Counted from the stretch's first letter, positions 1 through 9,479 are shown. The stretch: DNA of 64,000 bases from Nanobdellota archaeon (GCA_051819805.1 JBNJHD010000001.1:8962-72961); one strand, 5' to 3'. Numbers and translations: made by a program. Notes: generated from the sequence alone by a model not told the origin.

Positions 1-274
1 CAGAGAATGTTTTTATCACCTGAATATCGCTTGATTTTCGTTCCCTATAATATTGTTTTAACGCGGTCCTGTAACCTCTAATCGCTCCTTTGTAATGTTC
101 GAAAAAAGTTTCATAGAATTCTTCAGGCTTTGAGCCATTGCACTTGGTCTCGAAAAACTCGTTCGTGAAACGGATGCCGAACTCGCCTAACACTTTCCTG
201 TGGATCCTGAGATGGAACGGGATGGAATTCACAAGAGTCCCATCGAGATCGAAAATCACTGCTCGTTTAGTCAT
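1..274 (-). CDS. HAD-superfamily hydrolase (beta-phosphoglucomutase-like), partial; N-terminus at 274, C-terminus runs off the window start
   Basis: Reverse-complement translation from ATG (274-272) gives MTKRAVIFDLDGTLVNSIPFH..., the canonical HAD motif I DxDGTL. Not present in the supplied ORF track because it is truncated. Confidence 0.6.
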   Translation of the reverse strand, partial: MTKRAVIFDLDGTLVNSIPFHLRIHRKVLGEFGIRFTNEFFETKCNGSKPEEFYETFFEHYKGAIRGYRTALKQYYRERKSSDIQVIKTFS

Positions 275-301
275 TCTACACTCTCCTCACTACTATGTTA
301 T

Positions 302-2923
302 TCATTCCAAGATGATTGCAGGTTTACCAGGGGACGCCTGCTGCGCCTTGCTTTCACTGCTGTTTTCACCACGCTCGATAATAACTTCTGCACCGAACTC
401 GCTTTTCAATTCTTCACTCAGTTCATCAAGAGCTTCGCGTTCTTTCTCCTGGCCGAGAAGCACCTCAGGAATCTTGGAAGGATCCTTGAGACAAGCAGGG
501 ATGAGCTTTGTGATCTGCTTACCATGAGTTCTCAACTCGCTTCTCATGATTTCAGGAACGATATCTTTAGGATTGCGCGTCTTCTCAATAAGACTTTTGA
601 ACACATTAAAGAACTCGTACTTCCACTCTGGCGAGATGATGAGCTTGATCTTCGAGGGATCGCTGATGTTAGCGATAGAAATGAGATTCTTGAGATCAGC
701 TTTGACGTTAGCGTGGAACTTCTCGACATACTCTGCAGTATCGTCGATGAGTTCGGGATTGAACTCCGGCCATGTCGCCTTGCTGATGTACGGCTCGTTA
801 CCGAGCTGCTCCCACCACTCCTCTGTAATATGGGGACAGATTGGATTCAAGAGGATAAGGAAGCTTTCAAGATCTTCCTTAGCGATCTCCTCATCAAACG
901 AAGAGAAGAGCTCTCTGATCTTGATAGTTGCCATATTATAACGGAACTTATCAATATCCTCGCTCACATCACGAATTGCACGTTGCACTTTGCTTTTAAC
1001 CTTGTCAGAAGAAGAGCCGAGCTTGACAGACTGCATGTACTTGTCAACACGATTGATGAACTTCAGACTACCTTCAATACCTGCTTCGCTCCAATCGATA
1101 TCCTTATCCGGTGATGCGACGCTGACAAGAAAGAAACGAGCAGTGTCAATGCCATATTTCTCTGAGACCGTTTCTGGAAGCTTGACATTACCCTTGCTCT
1201 TAGACATCTTGTTACCATTCTCACCGTGAAGCATTCCCTGATGAAACAATCGCTGGGTCGGCTCGTCAAACGTGAGAAGTCCTATGTCGCGAAGGAATTT
1301 CGTGTAGAAACGGAAATAGATCAAATGCATGCATGCATGCTCAGCACCACCTATATACTGGTCGACAGGAGCCCAGTAATCAGCTTTCTCAGGATCGAAG
1401 ATCGTATCATCATTATGCGGGTCCGTATAACGGAGGAAATACCATGATGAATTAACAAAAGTATCCATCGTGTCAGTCTCACGCTTGGCAGGAGATGCGC
1501 ACTTAGGACAAGATGTGTTGACAAATTCTTCATTTGTTTCAAGCGGGTTGCCCTCGCCGAACGTGACGTCATGAGGAAGCTCGACAGGTAAATCCTCTTC
1601 AGGGACAGGAACTGAGCCGCACTTGTCACAATGGATGATCGGAATCGGAGTTCCCCAGTAACGCTGTCTGGAAATGCCCCAGTCACGAAGCTTGAAGTTA
1701 ATAGTCTTTCTCGCAACATTTTTTTTCACGAGAGAGTCGGTAATCTTCTCTTTAGCTTCGTCGTTATCAAGACCGTCGAAGTCACCGGAATTCATGAGCT
1801 TGCCAGCGTCAGTGAACGCTCTCGTTTCAGTAAGATCTCCATCAATGACTTGCTTGATGTCAATACCGTACTTCTTAGCGAATTCGAAGTCACGTTGATC
1901 GTGAGCAGGGACAGCCATGACCATGCCAGAACCATAATCAGCAACGACGAAGTTACCAGCATACACTGGAACCTTCTCACCATTAGCAGGGTTGGTCGCA
2001 TACGCCCCAGTAAATACTCCTTCCTTCTCCATAGTATCAAGCTCTTTCTCAGAGACGCTATGGAGTTCTTTCAGGAATGCATTGACGTGCTCTTTCTGAT
2101 CGTCAGTTGTGATATCAAGAAGCCGTGAGTGTTGTGCGGAGATGACCATGAACGTCACACCGAAGATAGTGTCAGGACGCGTAGTGAACACAGGCCACTT
2201 TTCGCCGTTGATATCAAACTCAATCTCAGTGCCGTGGGACTTCCCGATCCAGTTCTTCTGCATCGCCTTGGTCCGCTCCGGCCAGTTTTTGAGGTTATCG
2301 ATATTATCATACAACTCTTCAGCGTAAGCGGTCGTCTTGAGAAACCACTGCTTGAGATGCTTGACCTCGACATCAGTATCCTCGTGACGCCAGCACTTGC
2401 CGCCTTCAACCTGCTCGTTAGCAAGAACGGTGTTACACTCAGGACACCAGTTGACCGCAGAGGTCTTCTGATACGCGAGACCTTTCTCGAACATCTTGAT
2501 AAATATCCACTGATCCCACTTGTAATACTCAGGGTCAGCAGTGCTTACGACACGACTCCAATCGTAGCTCAAGCCTAGACTCTTCTGTTGCTTGATGTAA
2601 TTCTTGATGGACTTGTCAGTATATTCTTTAGGGTGCTCACCAGCCTTGACTGCAGCATTCTCCGCAGGAAGGCCTAGGGAGTCATAACCCATAGGATGAA
2701 GGACGTTGAAACCACGAAGAAGCTTGTTACGAGCGTGAATGTCGCCGATAGTATAATTGAGAGCGTGACCCATGTGAAGGCCAGAGCCTGAAGGATAAGG
2801 AAACATCTCCAGCATGTAATACTTCTCTCTAGAATCATCTTTGACAACTTCAAAGACCTTGTCTTCATCCCACTTCTTCTGCCATTTCTTCTCGATAGCC
2901 TTGAAATCCATCATGAACACCAC
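302..2923 (-). CDS. leuS: Leucyl-tRNA synthetase (archaeal/eukaryal type)
   Basis: 873-aa ORF. N-terminus MMDFKAIEKKWQKKWDE matches LeuRS; HMGH (HIGH-class) motif and KMSKS motif are present (..NGNKMSKSKGN..), plus a CP1 editing-domain-like region. Confidence 0.9.
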   Translation of the reverse strand: MVFMMDFKAIEKKWQKKWDEDKVFEVVKDDSREKYYMLEMFPYPSGSGLHMGHALNYTIGDIHARNKLLRGFNVLHPMGYDSLGLPAENAAVKAGEHPKEYTDKSIKNYIKQQKSLGLSYDWSRVVSTADPEYYKWDQWIFIKMFEKGLAYQKTSAVNWCPECNTVLANEQVEGGKCWRHEDTDVEVKHLKQWFLKTTAYAEELYDNIDNLKNWPERTKAMQKNWIGKSHGTEIEFDINGEKWPVFTTRPDTIFGVTFMVISAQHSRLLDITTDDQKEHVNAFLKELHSVSEKELDTMEKEGVFTGAYATNPANGEKVPVYAGNFVVADYGSGMVMAVPAHDQRDFEFAKKYGIDIKQVIDGDLTETRAFTDAGKLMNSGDFDGLDNDEAKEKITDSLVKKNVARKTINFKLRDWGISRQRYWGTPIPIIHCDKCGSVPVPEEDLPVELPHDVTFGEGNPLETNEEFVNTSCPKCASPAKRETDTMDTFVNSSWYFLRYTDPHNDDTIFDPEKADYWAPVDQYIGGAEHACMHLIYFRFYTKFLRDIGLLTFDEPTQRLFHQGMLHGENGNKMSKSKGNVKLPETVSEKYGIDTARFFLVSVASPDKDIDWSEAGIEGSLKFINRVDKYMQSVKLGSSSDKVKSKVQRAIRDVSEDIDKFRYNMATIKIRELFSSFDEEIAKEDLESFLILLNPICPHITEEWWEQLGNEPYISKATWPEFNPELIDDTAEYVEKFHANVKADLKNLISIANISDPSKIKLIISPEWKYEFFNVFKSLIEKTRNPKDIVPEIMRSELRTHGKQITKLIPACLKDPSKIPEVLLGQEKEREALDELSEELKSEFGAEVIIERGENSSESKAQQASPGKPAIILE

Positions 2924-3010
2924 TGTGTATATACTATATCAGTATCAAGAGCTGTAGTGGACAGTTATTTAAAACTATTGTGTTAGTTTTCCACGGACAG
3001 AATCGACACA

Positions 3011-3024
3011 AACCTTTAAAAATC
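3011..3024 (+). promoter_or_regulatory. Putative archaeal TATA/BRE element upstream of tRNA-His
   Basis: AACCTTTAAAAAT lies ~35-45 nt upstream of the predicted tRNA 5' end. The spacing is typical of archaeal promoters. Confidence 0.3.
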
Positions 3025-3055
3025 GTCTAAAGTTACCAGAGCATACTTTGCTACT

Positions 3056-3181
3056 GGTGGCGTTAGTGTAACCTGGTTAGCACAAGGGACTGTGGCAGCG
3101 TATAAGCGGAGCTCATACGGACTTTCGCACATCGCATGCAGAAATCCCTTAGTCTGGGTTCGAATCCCAGGCGCCGCCCCA
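3056..3181 (+). tRNA. tRNA-His (anticodon GUG) with genomically encoded G-1 and a 48-nt intron at the canonical 37/38 position; CCA encoded
   Basis: Hand-folded. Acceptor g(-1)GTGGCGT pairs with GCGCCGC+C73 with two G-U pairs. D-arm GTGT/AACCTGGTTA/GCAC. Anticodon stem AGGGA...TCCCT with loop CU-GUG-G[intron 3096-3143]A. T-arm CTGGG-TTCGAAT-CCCAG; 3' CCA at 3179-3181. Confidence 0.65.
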
Positions 3182-3490
3182 TTCTTAATTTTAATATAAT
3201 ATGGCGAGGCATGGCTCGAAAACGAATGTTTTCAACTGCCAGGCGCTGCCCTCTTTTTGTTCTCTAATTTCAGGCAAAACCACAGGTTTTATAAATCAGA
3301 TATTGTTTCCCGCACCTGTTGAGTTAGCATTTCCCGAGTTCACGCGTGGAGGGAACAAGAAATCACACAACCCGATAGACGGGCGATACTTGTTCTACAC
3401 GCGAGATACGAACGGCAACTACGGTGCTGTAATCCACCTGAAAGGGTTGTCGTTTCACAATCAATAGGAAAAGATAACGGTTGAATCACA

Positions 3491-4021
3491 ATGGTACAGA
3501 AGAAAGCTTCATCCAAAAACGCATCACAAGATGCTTCTAAGGGGACACAAGTCGCTTCTAACGATGAATTCAGACACATCGTACGAGTAGCGAACACAGA
3601 CCTGAAAGGAGAGAAACCGCTCTTTCTCGCACTCCAGAAAATCAAAGGGGTCGGTGAGAACTATGCTCGAACCATCTGTAAATTGTCAAGATATGATATC
3701 ATGACAAAAACAGGGGATCTTTCCGAAAAACAGGCAGCTGAGATAGAGACTGTAGTCAAGGATCCTGCACAAGCGGGAATTCCTGAATGGATGTATAACA
3801 GTCAGAAAGACTACGAATCAGGAGAAGATATGCATCTTCTACACTCTGATCTTAATTTCAAGCAAGATAATGATATCAAGCGAAAGAAGAAGATGAAATC
3901 CAATGTCGGTCTCAGGCATCAATGGAGATTACCTGTACGAGGACAACGGACTAAATCTCACTTCCGGCCTAACGCTGGCAAAGGATCAGCAGTCAAGAAA
4001 CGGTCAACGGTCAGAAAATAA
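3491..4021 (+). CDS. rps13: 30S ribosomal protein S13 (uS13)
   Basis: FRHIVRVANTDLKGEKP...IKGVGENYARTICK matches the S13 family. It occupies the conserved position before S4-S11-RpoD. Carries a K/S-rich N-terminal extension. Confidence 0.8.
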   Translation: MVQKKASSKNASQDASKGTQVASNDEFRHIVRVANTDLKGEKPLFLALQKIKGVGENYARTICKLSRYDIMTKTGDLSEKQAAEIETVVKDPAQAGIPEWMYNSQKDYESGEDMHLLHSDLNFKQDNDIKRKKKMKSNVGLRHQWRLPVRGQRTKSHFRPNAGKGSAVKKRSTVRK

Positions 4022-4042
4022 TTAGAAGGTAGGCGTTAGAAA

Positions 4043-4765
4043 ATGGGACAACCAAAACGAATCAGGCGAAAATATGATACTCCGATCCACCCGTGGATCA
4101 AATCACGAATCGATGATGAGAAACGATTGGCAAAAACGTATGGTACGAAGAACAAGAAAGAGATCTGGAGAATGGAAACTGTTCTCAAGAAGTTCAAGAG
4201 CCAAGCGAAACATCTTATTGCAGCAACAGGGGATCAAGCGGAAATAGAGAAAGAACACCTCTTACGAAGAGTTAAGAATCTTGGTCTGGCAGGAAGCGAT
4301 GTTAATTTTGATAAGATTCTTGGAATGTCAATCGATAACGTTATGGAACGGCGATTACAGACAGTAGTATTCAAGAAAGGCCTTGCACGATCAGTCAAGC
4401 AAGCACGACAATTCATCACTCACGAGCATATTCTTGTAGACGGGAAGACAATCACGTCTCCAGCATACCTTGTAACAGTAGCTGAAGAAGCTCAACTGGA
4501 GTTCTCACCAAGTTCATCGCTTTACAGCGAAGAACATCCTGAGCGAGGATCACCAGAAACCAAGGAAAATGCAAAGGCAAAAGCTCCGAAAATGGAAGAG
4601 GAGAAAGCTGAAAGCACTGTCGTGACTGAAGATAAATCAGATGATTCATCCGAAAAATCTGAAGAACAAAACGCTGATGACGAAAAAACTGAGAAGCAGA
4701 AAGCAGATGTCGCGGCTGAAGAACAATCCGAAGAGAAAACTCAAAGCAAAGGTGAGAACAAATGA
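4043..4765 (+). CDS. rps4: 30S ribosomal protein S4 (uS4) with long acidic/Lys-rich C-terminal tail
   Basis: [11 protein letters not shown]-terminus and S4 RNA-binding domain ([18 protein letters not shown]). A ~80-aa E/K/D-rich C-terminal extension follows. Confidence 0.85.
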   Translation: MGQPKRIRRKYDTPIHPWIKSRIDDEKRLAKTYGTKNKKEIWRMETVLKKFKSQAKHLIAATGDQAEIEKEHLLRRVKNLGLAGSDVNFDKILGMSIDNVMERRLQTVVFKKGLARSVKQARQFITHEHILVDGKTITSPAYLVTVAEEAQLEFSPSSSLYSEEHPERGSPETKENAKAKAPKMEEEKAESTVVTEDKSDDSSEKSEEQNADDEKTEKQKADVAAEEQSEEKTQSKGENK

Positions 4766-5163
4766 GATTCGATAAGAATGTCAGATGGGCAGTCGCTCAC
4801 ATCTACGCATCATACAACAATACTATCATCCACATTACAGATGTCACAGGAACAGAATCGTTGGCTCTGACAAGTGGTGGTCAAGTAGTCAAGAGCCACA
4901 GGTTAGAGTCAAGTCCGACAGCAGCTATGAGAGCGGCAAAGCAAGCTGCTGAAGTAGCTAAAGAGAAAGGCATCGGCGGACTGCATATCAAGGTGCGAGC
5001 GCCCGGAGGACATAACGGTCCAATGAATCCAGGACCCGGAAGCCAGGCAGCAGTACGAGCACTATCCCGAATGGGACTACGAATTGGATTCATCGAAGAC
5101 GTCACTCCAGTACCACACGGCGGATGCCGTAAAAAAGGAGGACGACGAGGACGAAGACCTTAA
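4762..5163 (+). CDS. rps11: 30S ribosomal protein S11 (uS11)
   Basis: [24 protein letters not shown]... matches S11. Its ATG overlaps the S4 stop (ATGA). Confidence 0.85.
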   Translation: MRFDKNVRWAVAHIYASYNNTIIHITDVTGTESLALTSGGQVVKSHRLESSPTAAMRAAKQAAEVAKEKGIGGLHIKVRAPGGHNGPMNPGPGSQAAVRALSRMGLRIGFIEDVTPVPHGGCRKKGGRRGRRP

Positions 5164-5195
5164 AGTTAAGGTCTCCGCTTGACAGGTGTCTAGCA

Positions 5196-5978
5196 ATGAA
5201 ACTTTCAGTCCAGAAAAAATCCGACGAGAAGCTGACGTTCACGCTCAACGGTGTGACTTCAGCATATGCCAACACGCTCCGACGACTCATGATCGGCGAG
5301 GTCCCGACCATGGCAATCGAAGACGTGACATTCAACAAGAACGACTCAATATTATATGATGAGATCCTCGCTCACCGACTGGGACTTGTTGTATTGACAA
5401 CGGATCTAGATTCGTACAATATGACTAGTGTGTGCAAGTGCAAAGGTGCAGGTTGCGCACAATGCCAGCTCAAGGTGACGCTAAGCGTAGAAGGTCCGAA
5501 GGCAGTCTATGCCAAGGACTTGAAAAGCGCTGATCCGAAGGTGAAACCGGTCTATCCGGACACTCTGCTCGTAAAACTCCGAGAAGGACAAAAATTAGAG
5601 TTTGAAGCGATAGCGACTCTCGGAACAGGTAAAGAGCATAGCAAATGGAATCCAGCACTTGTGTGGTATTACCACGAACCGACCATCAAGGTCAATAACA
5701 AGCATAAGGATTTCCAGAAGTTCAAGGATAAGTATCCGCCCCAAGTATTCAATAGTAAAGGGGAAATAGAAGTGGAGAGGATTTCGACACCACAACTCAT
5801 TGATGCAGTTGCTGACGTTAATAATGATATTGTCAACGTCAAGCTCAATAAGGATGCATTCGTGTTTACTGTGGAGTCATTCGGTGCAATGCCAGCACAG
5901 GAGATCGTTGCTCGGGCACTAAAAGTGTTCGATAACCATATAAAGGAATTTGAAAAGCTTGCGAAAAGCGAGCTTTAA
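5196..5978 (+). CDS. rpoD: DNA-directed RNA polymerase subunit D (Rpo3)
   Basis: Conserved position after S11. Cys cluster CKCKGAGCAQCQ (4Fe-4S/Zn-like domain 3 of archaeal Rpo3). Confidence 0.85.
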   Translation: MKLSVQKKSDEKLTFTLNGVTSAYANTLRRLMIGEVPTMAIEDVTFNKNDSILYDEILAHRLGLVVLTTDLDSYNMTSVCKCKGAGCAQCQLKVTLSVEGPKAVYAKDLKSADPKVKPVYPDTLLVKLREGQKLEFEAIATLGTGKEHSKWNPALVWYYHEPTIKVNNKHKDFQKFKDKYPPQVFNSKGEIEVERISTPQLIDAVADVNNDIVNVKLNKDAFVFTVESFGAMPAQEIVARALKVFDNHIKEFEKLAKSEL

Positions 5979-6024
5979 ACATTGATTCCATCAGCACGAC
6001 AATCACCAGATTGATATTTTTCGT

Positions 6025-6158
6025 GCGGGAGTGCCGGAGACGGTCGCTGTGTTCGATAATTCATTCGATCGTAGTGCTCGCCGGAGTGGTCAAACGGGCA
6101 CGGTTGAGGGCCGTGTGGCTTAGTGCCTGCGAGGGTTCGAAACCCTTCTCCCGCACCA
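6025..6158 (+). tRNA. tRNA-Leu (anticodon GAG), class II with long variable arm, carrying a ~47-nt intron at a non-canonical D-arm position; CCA encoded
   Basis: Acceptor GCGGGAG (6025-6031) is perfectly complementary to CTCCCGC (6148-6154), followed by A73 and CCA. D-arm CCG/GAGTGGTCAAA/CGG and anticodon arm CACGG-UUGAGGG-CCGUG. Variable stem GGC..GCC. T-arm GAGGG-TTCGAAA-CCCTT. A 47-nt insertion flanked by duplicated CCGGAG separates positions 8-9 from the D-arm. Confidence 0.6.
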
Positions 6159-6250
6159 TTAATTTCACTGATGATAAAACACACGTCAACTGGTGATTGG
6201 AACACACTGGTGGAAATATACACTAACAAGATACAAAGAAAGCGATTGTT

Positions 6251-6616
6251 GTGATCAAGATGAAACGAATCAAGAACGACTATGTGGAGGAGCTCATCAG
6301 AGAGCTGAAAACTCTTGCTATCAAGAAGGAAACGCCTCTCTGGAAGCGGATAGCTGTAGAGCTCGAAAAGCCCACGAGACAGAAAAGGGAAGTGAACGTC
6401 TTCAAGATAGAGCAATACGCTCGAGACGGAGAGACGATTATCGTCCCTGGTAAAGTGCTCGGTAGTGGGGCTATCAACAAGAAGGTCACTGTGGCAGCAC
6501 TGAACTTTTCAGACAGCGCACGTGACAAGATCCTCTCGAAAAAAGGGGAAGCACTCAGCATCCAGGCTCTCATGGACAAGAATCCGGACGCAAAGAAAGT
6601 CCGCATCATGGGGTAA
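6251..6616 (+). CDS. rpl18e: 50S ribosomal protein L18e (eL18)
   Basis: Conserved position and composition; KRIKNDYVEELIRELK...TPLWKRIAVELEKP resembles archaeal L18e. Confidence 0.75.
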   Translation: MIKMKRIKNDYVEELIRELKTLAIKKETPLWKRIAVELEKPTRQKREVNVFKIEQYARDGETIIVPGKVLGSGAINKKVTVAALNFSDSARDKILSKKGEALSIQALMDKNPDAKKVRIMG

Positions 6617-6621
6617 GAAAA

Positions 6622-7032
6622 ATGATAGTCATAGATGCAACCAATGTGATCCTAGGAAGACTCTCAACTTATGCAGCAAAACAAGCATTGCTGGGTCAAG
6701 ATGTGAGAATCATCAACGCTGAAAAAGCGATCATCTCAGGAAAGAAAGCGAACACTATCGCAGATCTTTCGGCAAGAAATGATAAAGGAATCCCTGCAAA
6801 GGGTCCGTTCATGCCGAAGATGCCTGACCGGTTCGTTCGAAAGACCATCCGGGGAATGCTTCCTTACAAGCAACCGAAAGGAGCAGAAGCATTCAAGCGA
6901 ATCATGTGCTACAGTGGAGTTCCTGAGGAATTGAAAGACGCAAAGCCTGTAGAGCTGAAGAATGCTACTGCAGAAAAGCTGCCGACACTCAACAAGATAC
7001 AAGTCGGTGAAGCTCTTAAGAGGTTTAGGTGA
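6622..7032 (+). CDS. rpl13: 50S ribosomal protein L13 (uL13)
   Basis: MIVIDATNVILGRLSTYAAKQALLGQDVRIINAEKAIISG matches the L13 N-terminus. Confidence 0.85.
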   Translation: MIVIDATNVILGRLSTYAAKQALLGQDVRIINAEKAIISGKKANTIADLSARNDKGIPAKGPFMPKMPDRFVRKTIRGMLPYKQPKGAEAFKRIMCYSGVPEELKDAKPVELKNATAEKLPTLNKIQVGEALKRFR

Positions 7033-7433
7033 GATTCATGAAATCAATCATCGCATCAGGAAAACGTAAGACTGCTATTGCACGCGCAACGCTCAAGTCA
7101 GGTTCTGGCAAGGTCACTATCAATAACTTGTCACTCGATGCTTTCACGCCAGCAATGGCACGACTCAAGCTTAAAGAACCGATCATCCTTGCAGGAAACG
7201 ACGCTTCAAAAGTCGATATTTCCATCAATGTGCATGGTGGGGGAATTATGAGTCAGACAGATGCTGCTAGACTTGCAATCGGTCGAGTACTTGTAGAGAA
7301 GTACCCTAAGCTGAAAGAGACATTCACTGATTATGACAGGCAACTACTTGTAGCTGATGTCAGACGACGTGAAGTATCCAAGCCAAACAGCCAAGGTAAT
7401 CCTCGTGCTAAGCGGCAGAAGTCCTACCGTTAA
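7029..7433 (+). CDS. rps9: 30S ribosomal protein S9 (uS9)
   Basis: GKRKTAIARATLKSGSGKVTIN...; C-terminal RAKRQKSYR is typical of S9. Start overlaps the L13 stop. Confidence 0.85.
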   Translation: MRFMKSIIASGKRKTAIARATLKSGSGKVTINNLSLDAFTPAMARLKLKEPIILAGNDASKVDISINVHGGGIMSQTDAARLAIGRVLVEKYPKLKETFTDYDRQLLVADVRRREVSKPNSQGNPRAKRQKSYR

Positions 7434-7446
7434 CCAAATATCGGTG

Positions 7447-7477
7447 TCGAAAGGTCTTTTCTTTCGATATTTTTTTA
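7447..7477 (+). terminator. Hairpin plus oligo-T terminator-like element after rps9
   Basis: Perfect 7-bp inverted repeat TCGAAAG..CTTTCGA followed by TATTTTTTTAT. Archaeal termination uses T-tracts. Confidence 0.4.
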
Positions 7478-7533
7478 TACTTATCATTTTTTTTGGGACA
7501 TATACAATAAAGGAATTCCTTTGAGGTTATACA

Positions 7534-7731
7534 ATGATCATTCCAATCAGATGCATCAGCTGCGGAAAGCCGATCGGACATCTCTGGGAGAAATACCAGG
7601 ATAAGGTCGCAAGAGGAGAAGACAAGAAGAAAGTCATGGACGAGCTAGGGCTGGAGCGATACTGCTGCAGGTCAGTGTTCATGGGGCATGTCGATCTCAT
7701 GGATACGGCATCCGCGTTCAAGAAGTTTTAA
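7534..7731 (+). CDS. rpoN: DNA-directed RNA polymerase subunit N (Rpo10)
   Basis: MIIPIRCISCGKPIGHLWEKYQ...RYCCR zinc-binding Rpo10 signature. Confidence 0.8.
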   Translation: MIIPIRCISCGKPIGHLWEKYQDKVARGEDKKKVMDELGLERYCCRSVFMGHVDLMDTASAFKKF

Positions 7732-7812
7732 GGGCGTATTCGCTCTCACTCTTTTTTATCTCTTTTCTCTTCTATCTATCTCTATTGTAGATTAATCATT
7801 GGTGGAATATTT

Positions 7813-8367
7813 TCACTTTTTCGCAAATTCATTTATTTCTTCAACTATTGCTTCAGGGGTCTTATCCTTCACATAAACTATTCGCTCTGCAATAGTATCA
7901 ATAACAGGTTTCAGTTTCAAGAAATCCTTTCTCACTTTATTCTTTAATTTTTCTTTGTTCATTTCTTTGAAATGCTCTCGTTGCACTTCTCTCTTAAAAA
8001 GCAAAGCAACACTCTCATCAGCATCAATAGTCGGTAATAATGCTACTATTAGTGTTTGAGTTCTAATAAACTCTATAACTTGTTGGCAGACGCCTAATTG
8101 AAAACCTCTTCTTGCACTTATAGAACCGCCTGAAAGATCAAACACGATATCTTCCTGATCAAGCCCTTTTCTCACGACTTCTGGACCTTTTTTCATAATA
8201 GTTTCTGTGTGACTGCTCTTGATTGCCTTATCAAGACCACCGTACTCTTTCATTTTTTCATCAATCAATCTGTCGACTTCGACATGCTTCAAACCAAGTC
8301 GTTTTGCAAGAAGTCTTGAGATAGTTGTTTTTCCTGAAGAGCGAGGTCCGACTATCGTGATTTTCAT
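7813..8367 (-). CDS. P-loop nucleotide kinase (shikimate kinase/AAA_33-like fold)
   Basis: MKITIVGPRSSGKTTISRLLAKRLGLKHVEVDRLIDE resembles the AroK/gluconate-kinase family N-terminus (Walker A GxxGKT plus LAKxLG...D motif). Confidence 0.5.
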   Translation of the reverse strand: MKITIVGPRSSGKTTISRLLAKRLGLKHVEVDRLIDEKMKEYGGLDKAIKSSHTETIMKKGPEVVRKGLDQEDIVFDLSGGSISARRGFQLGVCQQVIEFIRTQTLIVALLPTIDADESVALLFKREVQREHFKEMNKEKLKNKVRKDFLKLKPVIDTIAERIVYVKDKTPEAIVEEINEFAKK

Positions 8368-8514
8368 AAGAATAATAATTGCAAACTCATTTTATAAGTT
8401 ATTCGTTGAATTCCTGTATGTGAAAAATGGTTCTCACCAACCATATTATTATCTTTTTTCACTATTGCTTATACCGTTAGTTTTAAATATCTCTCTTTAT
8501 CCGGAAGCTTCACA

Positions 8515-9210
8515 ATGGTAAATTCAAAACTTGTAATGATAAGTGTTCTGGTGCTTTCCATCCTCTTCATGGTTGGATGTAGTGCTATAGACCAAGAAGA
8601 GACAAACAAGACTGATTCGCTTACGATAGATTCTGAGAATCAGGATGCTGATGTCCCTGATATTACAGGGCAAGTAATAGCAACAGTGAACGGGGAAGAG
8701 ATTTATTCTCAGGAAGTGGCTCAGGTACAACAATCACTCCAGAGCCAGGGACAGAATATCTCGCAGGAAGAAGTTCTCGGTCAGTTGATCGATCAGAAGA
8801 TACTATTCCAAGAAGCTCAACAAGAAGAGTATATCCCTAGTGATGAGGAAGCTGAATCAGTTATCGTTTCCCAACTTGAACAACAAGGTCAAGGAATGAC
8901 TCTCGAAGAATATAAGACGCAGCTTCAATCAATGGGACTCTCTTATGAGAATGAACTACAAGGTGTCAAAGAACAACTCGCTGTCCAGAATTATATCGAA
9001 ACAGAAACTCTCAATGAGAGTTTTGAAGTGACTGAAGAGGAGATCGAAACGTTCTATACTCAATATAAAGAACAATCTCCACAAGAGATTCCATCACTTG
9101 AAGAATTGAAACCTCAATTAGAAGCGACTTTGAAACAGCAGAAGCAACAAGACTATATCTTTTTGTTGATTCAAGACCTTAAAGAGAATGCAACTATCGA
9201 AATCAATTGA
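8515..9210 (+). CDS. Secreted/lipoprotein-like protein with SurA N-terminal-domain-like region
   Basis: Signal peptide with lipobox-like LFMVGCSA. ATVNGEEIYSQEV...LGQLIDQKILFQEAQQ...IPSDEEAE matches the SurA_N chaperone-domain pattern (VNGExI...LI...L..QEA..G..VSDEE). Confidence 0.4.
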   Translation: MVNSKLVMISVLVLSILFMVGCSAIDQEETNKTDSLTIDSENQDADVPDITGQVIATVNGEEIYSQEVAQVQQSLQSQGQNISQEEVLGQLIDQKILFQEAQQEEYIPSDEEAESVIVSQLEQQGQGMTLEEYKTQLQSMGLSYENELQGVKEQLAVQNYIETETLNESFEVTEEEIETFYTQYKEQSPQEIPSLEELKPQLEATLKQQKQQDYIFLLIQDLKENATIEIN

Positions 9211-9320
9211 TAGTTGATTATTTTTATTTTTTTCTTTCATAATCACATTCTGTTCTTAATTTTGCATCGCGATTTTGTTCTCAGCAAGTTTTTTATAGCA
9301 GATGTCTTCAGTAAACATAT

Positions 9321-9479
9321 ATGGTTTTATCACTGAAAAGACGAATAGGTTTGGCTTCAGCACTCATCGGTGCTCTGATGTCATTCATAGCGTCACTCAC
9401 TAAAACTTCCAATATAGTATTATTAGTGGCTTCCACTCTTCTCATCATCATCGGGATTATCTTTTGGTTCTTGGGATGA
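9321..9479 (+). CDS. Possible small membrane protein (52 aa, two hydrophobic segments)
   Basis: ATG..TGA ORF not in the supplied track (<60 aa). MVLSLKRRIGLASALIGALMSFIAS...LLVASTLLIIIGIIFWFLG; hydrophobicity only. Confidence 0.2.
   Translation: MVLSLKRRIGLASALIGALMSFIASLTKTSNIVLLVASTLLIIIGIIFWFLG

Noticed and set aside
138-1114. ORFs 138-527(+), 200-1114(+), 544-729(-), 546-941(+) and the many other 60-170-aa ORFs listed between 300 and 2900
   Set aside because: All lie inside or antisense to the well-supported leuS reading frame (302-2923, minus). They have low-complexity S/L/R-rich translations typical of shadow ORFs.
5975-6415. ORFs 5975-6415(-), 6011-6196(+), 6193-6453(+)
   Set aside because: They overlap the hand-folded tRNA-Leu (6025-6158) and the start of rpl18e. 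Translations are Arg/Cys-rich with no coding signal.
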